DNA of 49,082 bases from assembly GCA_030430995.1 (NCBI GenBank), contig JAUIKA010000001.1, positions 1 to 49,082 on the forward strand. Direction: 5' to 3'. The DNA comes from Alphaproteobacteria bacterium. GTDB taxonomy: Bacteria; Pseudomonadota; Alphaproteobacteria; Rickettsiales; Rickettsiaceae. Below are positions 9,168 through 19,273 of the stretch, in pieces. The position numbers and the translations under genes are program-made. The notes beneath the pieces are model-generated. The model ran no database searches. It was not told where the DNA came from and saw only the letters and a program-made list of their open reading frames with translations. How positions within the stretch are numbered: the stretch's first letter is position 1; the number at the start of each line of letters is the position of its first letter.

Positions 9168-12050
9168 CTACTCATCTTTCTTTTTGATTTGTTTAGCTTG
9201 TTCTATAGCCTCTTTGTTACTATCGCCTTTATTATTACTAGGTAGCTCTTCACCGGCATCTTTATCCGAGCTCAATAAGTTCTTTGCCTCTCTATAAATA
9301 CTGGCAATACCTTTACCAAAACCTGTGGGAGCTTTTTCTCTTGTATCTACTGCTTTTTCTTCCATATCTATAGAGCCTTTTGCTATGTCTTCTTTTCTGG
9401 CACCTAATTTACCCTCAGCTTCTTTAGCTTCTTGAGTATGTTGTTTAGCCATCTCCCCTGTGCCCTTAGTGATATCTGCCCTTCTTTGAGCTGCCTGAGA
9501 GTCTACCTCTTTACTTAATTTTGTCTGCTCAAGTTTGCTAAAATCAGTCTCTTCAAACCCTGTAAACTGAGGGGCTTTTTGTAGCATATTCGCACGAGCC
9601 CTTTCATCAAACTTTTCTTTACTCGGTATATCTACGCTAACATTGATAGATTTGCCTAAATATTCTTTTGCAAGGGATCTAGCATTCATATATGCAGCTC
9701 TTTGAGCCTGAACATCATGAGGGTTATATAGCCTTCCTATAGCAACATTTTCAGCAACTTTAAGATCTTTTGCTGTTCTTTTTATCACTTCTGGCGTGAT
9801 ATCATGAGAAGATTGCATACCAGCTGATTCCATCTCCTGCAAATTTTTCTCTAAAGTTTTCATCTTACTATGCTCCATCTGCTCCCTCTTCTCATATTGC
9901 TCCATTTCACTTATATTCTCTCCTAACTTTTTGAACTTTTGCTGAGTCAAGCCCGTATCTTTGGTAAAATGCTCATCTTTTGTAAGATCTCTAGATAGGC
10001 CTAATCCTTCTTTGGTACTATCTGAAGTATTATACCTATCTTTAACATCGCTTGTTAATACAGATCTATCTGCACTTTGAGATTCTATATTTCCCTTTAC
10101 ATCTACCTCAAATCCTGCAAAGCTTTTTATAGCCTTCCCCAAAAGCCCACCTTTACCTGCAGATACGCTTCCTTCTACAGCTCTTCTTAAAGACTCCTCT
10201 CTAGATACGCCTTGAGCTTGCTCTATATCATGAGCCTTGCTATACACATCCTCTAGATCCTTATTTTCATGTATCCTCTGAGCTAGCCCATAGCTATCTC
10301 CTTGCTTGATGGAGTCATCTATAGATGTAAGCATTTCTGTAACTTGATCTACTACCTTGGACTTTGACTTTGTATGCCCCTGCTGCACTGACTCTAAACT
10401 AGAGGATTGGTCTCTTACAGCTTGTTCTCTCATCTCTTGTATTGATGAGTTTATGTCATATTTAAATCCAGTAGCATGTTCTGTGGTTCCAGCTCCTGAA
10501 GTGACTGTGTCTCTTAAAGGCCTCATATTAAGCGCCTCACCAGTTACCATCTCTATAGCATCTGAGTCCCTATAACTACTTCCTCTATCTATTTTGTTGC
10601 TAGATACATTCCGGCTAGAGATATTATCATAGCTTCTATTGCCCGTAGTCAGCTCGCTTGCAGCTGCTGCTGTTGACTGGGACATAGAGTAAGAACTCCC
10701 CATAGCATTTACCATTGCCCCAAATCCACCTGAAACTATCATATAAGATAGCACTGGCACTGACATCTGCATACTTGAGGCTATTGCTACTATCTTGTCT
10801 GACAAGGCTCCTACTTTAGCTAGGGTTGATATACTCACAGCCCCCCTGCTTGCTAACGCCTGCATGCTTCCAGAGGTATACAGCTCTATGAACATGTTCA
10901 GTATTGATGATAATGCTGGCCACAACTGAAATGAGAACACCAATATCATATATCTATTTAGATGATCTAAGCTTCCTGTAAAAATTACTATCGGCACTAC
11001 AAATAAAAAACATGCATATGTAAGGCATTTAAATACTGTAAGCAGCATCGGTACATAATATCCCGCTATTTTCCCAGTAAGGCTCCATGCATTTTCCTGA
11101 TTTTGTATAGCTCTGAGTGCACCATACTCGCCAAACTTAGAAAAACTATGCAGCATCATTACCTGTTTTGCATAATCTTCAGCGCTTGTGCCGCCCGCGC
11201 CCAAATAACCTCCTAGCATTATCCCTAAATTCTTCTCTAGATATTGCCCAGAGATATCTCCTGGATCAGTGCTGCCTGTTATAAATGAGCTTCTGCCAGA
11301 TAAAGCAAAGTTGCTATGCTTTAGATCATTTCTAAACTCTAAATACTCTCCTTTGAGTTTCTTCTGTATTATCTCACAAGCTTGTTTACATTTTACACTC
11401 TTTTTCCCTCCTCCATCATAAATCACTACATGCCTATACCCATCTCCTGAGTTGGTATGAACATAGTCTAAGAAATTTGGAGCTCTAAATAATTCTTTGA
11501 AATTCATCTGCACTCCTATAGTGCATGGCATTATCACGCATCTCTCTAAGAAATTCTCAACAGATGCAGAAAGCTCTGGATCTTGTATCTTCCATCTTTT
11601 TGTCTCTTGAATAAGAGACGATCCAAAACTAGGTCCATAATCATGATATGAAAACTTATCCGCCTTTACTACGCTGAAGGCTTGATCTATACAAGCAGTT
11701 ATAGCTAAACCTAAAGACTCTGCAACTCCTATAAATAAATTAAATCCAAAAGGTAAGTTAGCGACTACTGCTTTTCTCTTGGTAACATGATCTTTTACCA
11801 TCATACTACCTCCTTGCCCGCTGGGCACATACATTATCACCCCAATAACCAATACTACTATACTCAGATGCTGGATAGCTCTTTTTACATTCCCTTCTAA
11901 AGCACCTTTGATGAGCATCACCGCAAAGCCTATAACCGATACAAATTTTAGCGTTTGATAATAAAAATCACCATCTCCTGTTATCATCGCTATTGCTTGA
12001 AGCGTGTGATACATCGCATCAAAATGTCCGTAAGTTCCTATCTCAAACAT
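9168..12050 (-). CDS. traG: F-type TraG (mating-pair stabilisation/assembly)
   Basis: 960 aa. It has a polytopic N-terminal half and a long charged C-terminal half. It follows traH directly, as in F-like operons. Confidence 0.8.
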   Translation of the reverse strand: MFEIGTYGHFDAMYHTLQAIAMITGDGDFYYQTLKFVSVIGFAVMLIKGALEGNVKRAIQHLSIVVLVIGVIMYVPSGQGGSMMVKDHVTKRKAVVANLPFGFNLFIGVAESLGLAITACIDQAFSVVKADKFSYHDYGPSFGSSLIQETKRWKIQDPELSASVENFLERCVIMPCTIGVQMNFKELFRAPNFLDYVHTNSGDGYRHVVIYDGGGKKSVKCKQACEIIQKKLKGEYLEFRNDLKHSNFALSGRSSFITGSTDPGDISGQYLEKNLGIMLGGYLGAGGTSAEDYAKQVMMLHSFSKFGEYGALRAIQNQENAWSLTGKIAGYYVPMLLTVFKCLTYACFLFVVPIVIFTGSLDHLNRYMILVFSFQLWPALSSILNMFIELYTSGSMQALASRGAVSISTLAKVGALSDKIVAIASSMQMSVPVLSYMIVSGGFGAMVNAMGSSYSMSQSTAAAASELTTGNRSYDNISSRNVSSNKIDRGSSYRDSDAIEMVTGEALNMRPLRDTVTSGAGTTEHATGFKYDINSSIQEMREQAVRDQSSSLESVQQGHTKSKSKVVDQVTEMLTSIDDSIKQGDSYGLAQRIHENKDLEDVYSKAHDIEQAQGVSREESLRRAVEGSVSAGKGGLLGKAIKSFAGFEVDVKGNIESQSADRSVLTSDVKDRYNTSDSTKEGLGLSRDLTKDEHFTKDTGLTQQKFKKLGENISEMEQYEKREQMEHSKMKTLEKNLQEMESAGMQSSHDITPEVIKRTAKDLKVAENVAIGRLYNPHDVQAQRAAYMNARSLAKEYLGKSINVSVDIPSKEKFDERARANMLQKAPQFTGFEETDFSKLEQTKLSKEVDSQAAQRRADITKGTGEMAKQHTQEAKEAEGKLGARKEDIAKGSIDMEEKAVDTREKAPTGFGKGIASIYREAKNLLSSDKDAGEELPSNNKGDSNKEAIEQAKQIKKKDE

Positions 12051-12052
12051 AA

Positions 12053-13471
12053 TTATTCCTCTTTATTTGTAAATATTCTTGATACTCTAGAGATTATTTG
12101 CTTTCTCTCTAGAGTTATATGCTCTCTTGATTGCATGCTAATCTGAGCTCTTTGAAAAGCTGTATATTTATGCGACTCTATTATCCTTCTAGTCTCAGAT
12201 AGTGAGTGCATATAATCTTGCAAAATAGCTTTATCATTACTTGATACCTCTAAGGCATACACTTCATTTCTGACCTTATCAAGCAGGGACGTCATATACT
12301 CTACTAAAATATCATAGGCAAGAGATTCTAAGATTTCTGAGTTATATCTTACTAAACCATAACCATCACTTCCGCCTCCTCTGGTCATGATAGCATTCTC
12401 TATCATTGGAATCACTGGTATGGTTGAGAGACTGATAAGCTCTTCTTCTTGAGCTGTAAACTTAGTCTCATTTGCTATCACCTTCGCAGCCAGCCCCTCT
12501 AATGTAGATCTAATTTTATCTACAAAACTTGGGGCTTCTTTTTCATTAAATTGCTTAACCATGACCTCCGGAGATAAACACTCTTTGCTATCGTTGCATT
12601 TATATAGTTTAATAGGCTCTGAGCCTGATATATAGTTATCAAGCTGCTTCATATCTGTAAATAGTGACGATTTCATCTCAAATCTCCACTTAGCATCTGC
12701 GTCTTTACCTTCTTTCTTCCCAATAAGGGTGCCGGATATAGACATCATAAACTCTAAAAGAGATTTATCTCCTTCTATCTTTTTACCTTTTTCACCTCCT
12801 TTCGTCATAGCCTTCCATGCTATATTAAACTCATCTCCTAAAGTTGTATCCTCCCTCTCCTGCTTCCCCTCACTGCCCTTTGTACTATCTGGCGCTTTAC
12901 TACACTTGCTTCTGAGTTGCTGCATATCTTCAAATCCACCATCTGAGATTCTATTTGAGCTCATACAAGACTGTACTGAATTTGCGTTAAGTTTAGCTAA
13001 TGTCCCATCAACCAACTTTTGAGCCATCTCACAATCATTCATAGTCATACTATTGATAGTATTTGATACCTTCTCTAAATCAGATGTAACATTCTCACAT
13101 TGAGGACAATAGGCCTTTATTCCGAGTCTGAGCGCATAAGGAAGCGCTGCTGATGGTATCTTTTTAAAAAAATTTAAATACCCAGCCAACTTAATGAAGG
13201 TAAAACCACCAAAGCGAAAATCTTTACTTCCGCATCCATCCATAGAAAAACTAGGCGGCTCAAAATACACAGGCTGAATTGTCTTTGGCCTTGCTGCCCT
13301 TACCTGGATAGATCCCCCTGATATATAGCCTGAAGATTGATCGTGGATCACCATAGGTTTAGTCACATTACTCATGCCACCAGAAGTCCTGATTAATCTA
13401 TTTAAAATACCATCTGCACGTAATACACTAGGAATACAAATTAATGTATATATAAATATTATCTTTTTCAT
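12053..13471 (-). CDS. traH: F-type TraH
   Basis: 472 aa with a signal peptide. ..SGYISGGSIQVRAARPK..PPSFSMDGCGSKDFRFGGFTFI..AYCPQC..NDCEMAQKLV matches the TraH conserved blocks. There is an ATGA overlap with traF. Confidence 0.85.
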   Translation of the reverse strand: MKKIIFIYTLICIPSVLRADGILNRLIRTSGGMSNVTKPMVIHDQSSGYISGGSIQVRAARPKTIQPVYFEPPSFSMDGCGSKDFRFGGFTFIKLAGYLNFFKKIPSAALPYALRLGIKAYCPQCENVTSDLEKVSNTINSMTMNDCEMAQKLVDGTLAKLNANSVQSCMSSNRISDGGFEDMQQLRSKCSKAPDSTKGSEGKQEREDTTLGDEFNIAWKAMTKGGEKGKKIEGDKSLLEFMMSISGTLIGKKEGKDADAKWRFEMKSSLFTDMKQLDNYISGSEPIKLYKCNDSKECLSPEVMVKQFNEKEAPSFVDKIRSTLEGLAAKVIANETKFTAQEEELISLSTIPVIPMIENAIMTRGGGSDGYGLVRYNSEILESLAYDILVEYMTSLLDKVRNEVYALEVSSNDKAILQDYMHSLSETRRIIESHKYTAFQRAQISMQSREHITLERKQIISRVSRIFTNKEE

Positions 13472-14238
13472 TCTCTCGCCTCTTTTTTAAATATTTCCCT
13501 GGCTACCAATAATCTTTCTTCAAGTTCTGAAAAACTTGTAAAGTTACTAATTAGCTCAAAGGACATATCAAGCGTTTTATGCACTACAAATACAGAAGGA
13601 GCGCCTCTGATATTAAGCGAGGCTCTGAGTTCTGGAGTAATTTTTGTATAACTGGCAAAATAATTAGATTCATTTTCTGTAATAACTTCCATGCTAAACC
13701 CATATTTATTACAAAATCTATCTATTACCGGCTCAAAAGCAGCTGAAGCTTGTAAGCTATTATCGGTATATAAGACTAAGTCAATCTCCCCAGCTAAATT
13801 TCTTATAACCTCTTCCTTCTTCTCTAATTCGTTTTCATCTGCAAGCCTTCTTGCGTGTATGTTACTTGGATTTTCTAAATTGTCATCTAGCTCTGGGTGC
13901 AAAATACCAGCCATCTGCCACGCCTCAGTTGCCTTAGTTGTTTTGTCATACATCTTCTTCTCTGCTAGACGATACTTAGTAGCATTCTCAATTGTAGGAA
14001 ATTCAAGCCATATATTTCTACTATCCTCTATATCCTTCTTTAATTGTTCAACCAATCTTTTTGCATTCTCGGGCGTTTGCTGTAACTGCTCTTTCTGTTT
14101 TTTTAATTGCTCCTGCTTACTTAATTGCTCATGCCAAAACCAACCTCTTTCTCTATCGTTATAAAATCCCCCATAGCATATTTTATATGTCATAATGGCA
14201 TATATTATTACCAAGAAAATCTTTTTTTTATTCTCCAT
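13468..14238 (-). CDS. traF: F-type TraF (thioredoxin-fold, no CxxC)
   Basis: 256 aa with a signal peptide. The RGWFWHE motif is present and the gene sits between traN and traH. A GAGG SD lies upstream. Confidence 0.75.
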   Translation of the reverse strand: MENKKKIFLVIIYAIMTYKICYGGFYNDRERGWFWHEQLSKQEQLKKQKEQLQQTPENAKRLVEQLKKDIEDSRNIWLEFPTIENATKYRLAEKKMYDKTTKATEAWQMAGILHPELDDNLENPSNIHARRLADENELEKKEEVIRNLAGEIDLVLYTDNSLQASAAFEPVIDRFCNKYGFSMEVITENESNYFASYTKITPELRASLNIRGAPSVFVVHKTLDMSFELISNFTSFSELEERLLVAREIFKKEARE

Positions 14239-14246
14239 CTTTTACC

Positions 14247-16088
14247 TCACTCTTGTTTTTTTATTGGATAATTATCATGGTAATTTTCACTCTCGCTGCC
14301 TTTTCCGGTTGTGCCAAATCTTTCATGCATCTGACCTTTCTTACGCAACTGATGAGCACTTGGCCTATTCATCTGTGATGGCTTATTGCCATGAATAGCT
14401 TTTCCATCTTTATTTCCTGAGGGAAGATGTTTTTGTAATCTCTTCTGAGAATAATCAGGATTTTCTTTTGGAAATTTTCTCTTCTTATATTTTATAGCAC
14501 CTCTCTCATCTTCCTTGGCTTTATGGGTAAATTCAGGAAAAGCTTCACTAAAATCTATCTTAGTAAAATCTATCTTCATTAGCTCTTCTATAGTAAGACC
14601 GCCACAATCTGGATTTTTAGGATCTCCCCAACCTTTACCTAATTGCTTCCTACCCTCTACCTGTATTATCTTATGCAGCACTTCAGGAAAGCAGCAAAAT
14701 TTCTTATGTGAGCCTGACTTTATTCCGATCCTTCTTTTTATTACTTTCCCTACATAGTAACAACGCTTTCTCTCTCTTTGGCTAGCCAAATGCTCCTCAT
14801 CTTTTGTGCAGCTATTTCCTACCAGCTTGCCCCATCCTCCTTTGAGTTTTATATTTTCTTTTCTGCAGTCTTTTGACATCCCTTTAATTTGGCAGCAATT
14901 CTTAAATCCCAGAGCTCCCATTCTGCAAGTCTGCACTGTGCCAGGAAACAGCCTAACATTCTCTAAATCTTTTCCTTGAGTATGTTGAGCTATTTTAAGT
15001 TTACTTACTGAATCTGGCATATCTTTATCTTTATCCCAATGCGGATTATGGCAAATCCCCTCCATGCACGGAAAAACACTACATTTAATCGCTCCAGGGA
15101 TAGATAAATCATCATTGGTTGAGATATATTTAGGACGCATAACTTTATATGTATCCTCCCCAGTTTTACATGAATATTCACGCAAAACATTCACGCAGTT
15201 GCCCTCACCATCATATAAAATACATTCCCTGTCTTGAATAAAAAGGCAGTCTTGCCTATATTCAAATCTTCCGCAATCATCTTTAGATGGATAATCACAA
15301 GTTTTGGTATATCCATATTGCCAGCAATCTCTTGTTACCCTCACGCCCTCTATAATCCTTTCTTGTCTGCCTTGAGTGCATGTCTTTCTACTATCGAAGC
15401 AACGATAAACATTTTCCTTTGGCTCATAAGAAAACCTAGAACTTGCTGAATAATCTATCACTAGCTCATACCCTCCAAAATATCCAGCAGCTACTAAAAT
15501 ATCTATTCTTATTTTATTATTCTCCATCAAAGGCTTTAGATTTACCCCCAAAGAAGCACTGCCGATTCTCCCTGTTTGAACAGGGATCATCTCACCATTT
15601 TTCTCAATCGCTCTATAATAATCAAATGGCTCATCTGTCATTACCTCATCACATCTCTCTTGCCCCCATTTAAAATCCTCACTTCCTACAGATGTAAAAA
15701 TTACTCTATCGCTAGCCTTAATAATTGCATGATCCTTATATTTTATCGATCTGAGATTTATGCTACCGACACCATCTACAATCTCTATTGTCACTGAATT
15801 TTTGAACTCCCTGCCCTCTCTTGCATATAAAAAGTTGCAGCTGCTACCAGTTCCCGATCCATCGTCTCTTTCTTCGCACCTGCCGATGATAATCCTTTTA
15901 TTCTCTTTATCATGAGCAATTTTGATATCACTAGAAGCAGAGATCTTTACATAGTCCTGTTTTACCTTCTCCCTGAACCTAGTATTTCCTTGCTCTTTAA
16001 TTGGACGTGAATCATACGCCCCTCCCTTGGCAAAGCTTTGAGAAATCAGCGTCATAGATAATAAGATCAACACTACTCTACCAATCAT
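14247..16088 (-). CDS. traN: F-type TraN (Cys-rich outer-membrane mating-pair stabilisation protein)
   Basis: Signal peptide MIGRVVLILLSMTLISQSFA and a Cys-rich core (..CFDSRKTCTQG..DCWQYGYTKTCDYPSKDDC..DCLFIQDRECI..GNCV..YSC..). The ATG at 16088 is preferred over the GTG at 16094 because of the AGAGGGTGAG SD. Confidence 0.85.
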   Translation of the reverse strand: MIGRVVLILLSMTLISQSFAKGGAYDSRPIKEQGNTRFREKVKQDYVKISASSDIKIAHDKENKRIIIGRCEERDDGSGTGSSCNFLYAREGREFKNSVTIEIVDGVGSINLRSIKYKDHAIIKASDRVIFTSVGSEDFKWGQERCDEVMTDEPFDYYRAIEKNGEMIPVQTGRIGSASLGVNLKPLMENNKIRIDILVAAGYFGGYELVIDYSASSRFSYEPKENVYRCFDSRKTCTQGRQERIIEGVRVTRDCWQYGYTKTCDYPSKDDCGRFEYRQDCLFIQDRECILYDGEGNCVNVLREYSCKTGEDTYKVMRPKYISTNDDLSIPGAIKCSVFPCMEGICHNPHWDKDKDMPDSVSKLKIAQHTQGKDLENVRLFPGTVQTCRMGALGFKNCCQIKGMSKDCRKENIKLKGGWGKLVGNSCTKDEEHLASQRERKRCYYVGKVIKRRIGIKSGSHKKFCCFPEVLHKIIQVEGRKQLGKGWGDPKNPDCGGLTIEELMKIDFTKIDFSEAFPEFTHKAKEDERGAIKYKKRKFPKENPDYSQKRLQKHLPSGNKDGKAIHGNKPSQMNRPSAHQLRKKGQMHERFGTTGKGSESENYHDNYPIKKQE

Positions 16089-17496
16089 GCTCACCCTCTT
16101 TTGCCCACTCTATCTCCTCATCTGGCCTTTGGCTGCCTCCAGATGTTCTCTCTGTAATGTCTCCTGTTTTTTTTAAAGTAGTCCTCTCGTTCCAAACTGG
16201 ATCTGACCACTGCAAACAAATCCTCTCAAATGATTTAATCCCAGCTGATAAATATGCCCCATCAATAGATATACTTCTGATAACTATACTATTTCTACCT
16301 AGTTTTAAATATGGTCTTATATCTATCTTAGCAATTTTATTATAACTCCTAGGCTGCCTATACCCCTCATCTCTTCCATGATATGTAGTATCTTCACCTA
16401 CAAGATATGTACGGCTTCCAGTACTGACCCTAGGTAATACCTCATGTTCGCGGCGACGAACTATTACACCAAAACTTACTTTTACAAAATATTTATACTC
16501 AGACTCGCTGTTTAAATCAGTTAAACTCGAACCTCCATAAGGCCCTACAAAAACATTCTGACCATTAACTGAAACACTGACAAACTGCTTATACTCCAGA
16601 TCATAAATACTGAACTCTGCAAAAACCCTAGGATCTTTCTTGACATCAAGCTCCAAAGTTATATCTTTTGTATATTTTGTATGAGTTCTAAAAAATTCAT
16701 TCCCAAACCAACCTCTTCTATTGGTGGATTCCCTTTTATTATAATTCCCTGATTTATCATCTATGGTAAATGTAAATATACCGTTATTAAGCTTATGAGG
16801 TATATTGCTACTGAGTAATCTGACATCTTCCCGCGTACTACTAAATCTTCTGCAATGGATCTCTAAATCTTCAAATGCATCATAAGTATTGAATAATTTT
16901 TCACAAAAAAACGTCTCGGGAATAGGCTCTTTCACTTCTTTTTCCTCCCATCCCATTACAAATGGGTCATCCCTTAAATGGCTTTTCCCTTCAAAGGTTA
17001 CGCAGTCAAAATCTATCCCCTCATTCTTTAGCTTATCAAGCTCAGCCATAATACCTTTTTGGTATATTTTAGTAGCCTCTTCTAGCGCTTTATCTACTTC
17101 TCTTAGATTATTAGCTACTGCTGGATTATTCTCATCTGTCGAATCCTGCATTACCCTTAGAGCCTGAGCTGCATCACTTTTGCCTGATGCTATTTTTCTT
17201 CCCTGATCAGCCATAACGCTCTCGTCCTCAGGAGGGGAAAAATTTTCGGCATCAGCTTTGGTAATTTTTTGAGCCTCTTTACCTTCTCCTTCCTGCCTGT
17301 ATAACTCTATATCAGGATTATCTACCGGAGCATTTACTTCACCGTTTTTCTCTTGAACAGATAATGGCTTCTGCCAATTCTCAAGACCGTCTGCCTTCTG
17401 ACTGTGATCCCAGATGCGTTTAAACTCCTCCTTGTCATAGCCAGCGAAAACAAAACTGCTACATATTAATCCCAAAATACAGATAATCTTAGCCAA
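16078..17496 (-). CDS. Hypothetical secreted protein (non-canonical member of the tra operon)
   Basis: The track ORF (482 aa) starts at a TTG at 17526. A TTG at 17496, preceded by GGGAGG, gives the clean signal peptide MAKIICILGLICSSFVFAG. I recognise no family. It overlaps the upstream gene stop and the traN start. Confidence 0.55.
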   Translation of the reverse strand: MAKIICILGLICSSFVFAGYDKEEFKRIWDHSQKADGLENWQKPLSVQEKNGEVNAPVDNPDIELYRQEGEGKEAQKITKADAENFSPPEDESVMADQGRKIASGKSDAAQALRVMQDSTDENNPAVANNLREVDKALEEATKIYQKGIMAELDKLKNEGIDFDCVTFEGKSHLRDDPFVMGWEEKEVKEPIPETFFCEKLFNTYDAFEDLEIHCRRFSSTREDVRLLSSNIPHKLNNGIFTFTIDDKSGNYNKRESTNRRGWFGNEFFRTHTKYTKDITLELDVKKDPRVFAEFSIYDLEYKQFVSVSVNGQNVFVGPYGGSSLTDLNSESEYKYFVKVSFGVIVRRREHEVLPRVSTGSRTYLVGEDTTYHGRDEGYRQPRSYNKIAKIDIRPYLKLGRNSIVIRSISIDGAYLSAGIKSFERICLQWSDPVWNERTTLKKTGDITERTSGGSQRPDEEIEWAKEGEHDW

Positions 17497-18652
17497 AATT
17501 GCTACCTCCCTTGCCGAAATCACCAAATCCCCAAGCTGAAAAATCTAACTGATCCATATCTTCTTGATTATGCAAAAATGCTCCCATTAGCTTTGATGGG
17601 TCTTCTCCTAAACCACCCAATCCCATCATTTCACGTGCAAATTCTTGGCCCTGTGTAAATTGCTGCTGAAATTGATCAGTTTGATGCACTCTTTCAAATT
17701 CTTCTACCATCTCAGTCACTGCTTGCGGAGGATGTTTTGCTAAAGCTTCCTTATGCTGAGCAAGCCCAAATCCATATATCTCTTCCGCGCTGGCAGTAAG
17801 CAGTGATGGCATGCTATATTTCTCTGCTAAAAATTCCCTTTTTTCTTTTAAATAGTTATGATCCCAATCATCTAGCATCAACCATTGAGGCAACCTTGTC
17901 TCAGCTCCTAGGTCTAATTTCTCTTCTGGGGTGATAGATGGCCTCAAATGAATAGGTATCTCACTAGTATTTTCAGGCAAAATAATAAAAATATGACGAT
18001 CTATCTCTTTAAAATCCTCTAATAATCCTTCAGGGTCACTGAATACTGGATAGCTCTGCCCCTCTTTTGGTTCACGCAGCTCTAATTTTGTTAGAACTCT
18101 AGATAATGGGACATTTTTTTCTTTAGCAACTTCTGCCTTGCTGGTTAAAGGACGATAAACTAGTTTTGCTTCTTCCTTTGTTACAAAAAATCTAAGAAAA
18201 GTACTTGAAGCAAGTATTGTATTGAGAGAAGAATACTCCTCTTTTGTATATAGCTCAGTAAAATCTCTTTGTCCTCCTGCTATCTTATATACTTCATTAA
18301 CAAAACATACACAATCATTTGAAAATGGGAAATATGAACCAGATGGTCCTCTTTCGATATATTCCCTTATCTTTTCGTACTGTGTTTGGTTTATCTCTAA
18401 AATTTTTGTAGTTAAAACCTTATTTCCACTACTTTTTTGATATTCAACAGCTCTATCATATCTTACTTTCTCATCTCTATAATCAACAGGCCATAACATT
18501 ACTTTTTTGTTTACCCCTCTAAAAATACTCTCACCCTTATTGCCGGCAAGCTCTATGTAGACATGCCCTGGAGACGAAAGATCTTTTTCCCATTTTGCTG
18601 TATCACTGTTATAGGTTACTTTTACATCATGATGAATTTTTAATTGAAACAT
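17489..18652 (-). CDS. Hypothetical protein with N-terminal His..Cys (permuted papain-like?) domain; founder of a 3-copy family in this window
   Basis: 387 aa. It reads MFQLKIHHD...SPGHVYIEL...QTQYEKIREYI...FSNDCVCFVNEVY. It has a GAGGT SD and a Gly-rich C-terminal tail. Paralogues lie at 47661-48449 and 46233-46469. Confidence 0.6.
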   Translation of the reverse strand: MFQLKIHHDVKVTYNSDTAKWEKDLSSPGHVYIELAGNKGESIFRGVNKKVMLWPVDYRDEKVRYDRAVEYQKSSGNKVLTTKILEINQTQYEKIREYIERGPSGSYFPFSNDCVCFVNEVYKIAGGQRDFTELYTKEEYSSLNTILASSTFLRFFVTKEEAKLVYRPLTSKAEVAKEKNVPLSRVLTKLELREPKEGQSYPVFSDPEGLLEDFKEIDRHIFIILPENTSEIPIHLRPSITPEEKLDLGAETRLPQWLMLDDWDHNYLKEKREFLAEKYSMPSLLTASAEEIYGFGLAQHKEALAKHPPQAVTEMVEEFERVHQTDQFQQQFTQGQEFAREMMGLGGLGEDPSKLMGAFLHNQEDMDQLDFSAWGFGDFGKGGSNFG

Positions 18653-18660
18653 AATTACCT

Positions 18661-19260
18661 CTATTTAGTTAAAAAATAAAAAATCAATACTACAAAATCA
18701 GTAATTGGATAAAATAATATGATTTTGTAGAATATTTTTCTGTATCTAGAAAAAATATTTATATGATTAATAATTAATACTAATGTGCAGTGGCAACCAA
18801 AGAAAAAGCTTATAAAATAATACGCTCCATACTCAGAATAAAAAGATTTTGTTAACAATATAAACAATACGTGGTAAAACAACACTATAGTAATGCTCAA
18901 TGCAGCCTTTTTAATAAATTTAGCTAAGCTGGTATAACTAGAGATCTGCTCCTTTAGAGCTCCCAGCGCATTGATAATAGAAATCCCAAAAACATAAATC
19001 ACTACAAAATCACTAACTACACCTAATGTAAATCCCAAAAAATTTGAATTTAACCTTGATATTGTAAAGAAACTTTTGCCTACTATATGCGAGGTCATTG
19101 CAAGATTATAAAAAAGATACCCAAGCAAACCTGCCCCTAAACGCCATATAAGTAAAAACCACAATATTGCAAAACATTTTAAGGTTATTGCCCCTACCCT
19201 AGAGATTTTCTCCTCATTAATTTTTAAAAACCTATATAATTTACCTCCCCCTTTTGCCAT
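18661..19260 (-). CDS. Hypothetical 4-5 TM membrane protein (paralogue B)
   Basis: 199 aa. It shares N-terminal F..INEEKISR with the adjacent 185-aa protein, encoded by an identical 21-nt block. An AGAGGT SD is present. Confidence 0.6.
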   Translation of the reverse strand: MAKGGGKLYRFLKINEEKISRVGAITLKCFAILWFLLIWRLGAGLLGYLFYNLAMTSHIVGKSFFTISRLNSNFLGFTLGVVSDFVVIYVFGISIINALGALKEQISSYTSLAKFIKKAALSITIVLFYHVLFILLTKSFYSEYGAYYFISFFFGCHCTLVLIINHINIFSRYRKIFYKIILFYPITDFVVLIFYFLTK

Positions 19261-19273
19261 AAATTACCTCTTT

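Noticed and set aside
12729-14164. Plus-strand ORFs of 97 and 157 aa (also 10357-10575, 14515-14757, 15234-15797, 16889-17167, 20913-21173, 21375-21662, 23151-23516, 23781-24014, 26751-26948, 27370-27609, 28246-28669 and others)
   Set aside because: All are antisense to strongly supported tra genes. They are Ser/Leu/Phe-rich low-complexity translations typical of the reverse strand of AT-rich coding DNA, and none has an SD.
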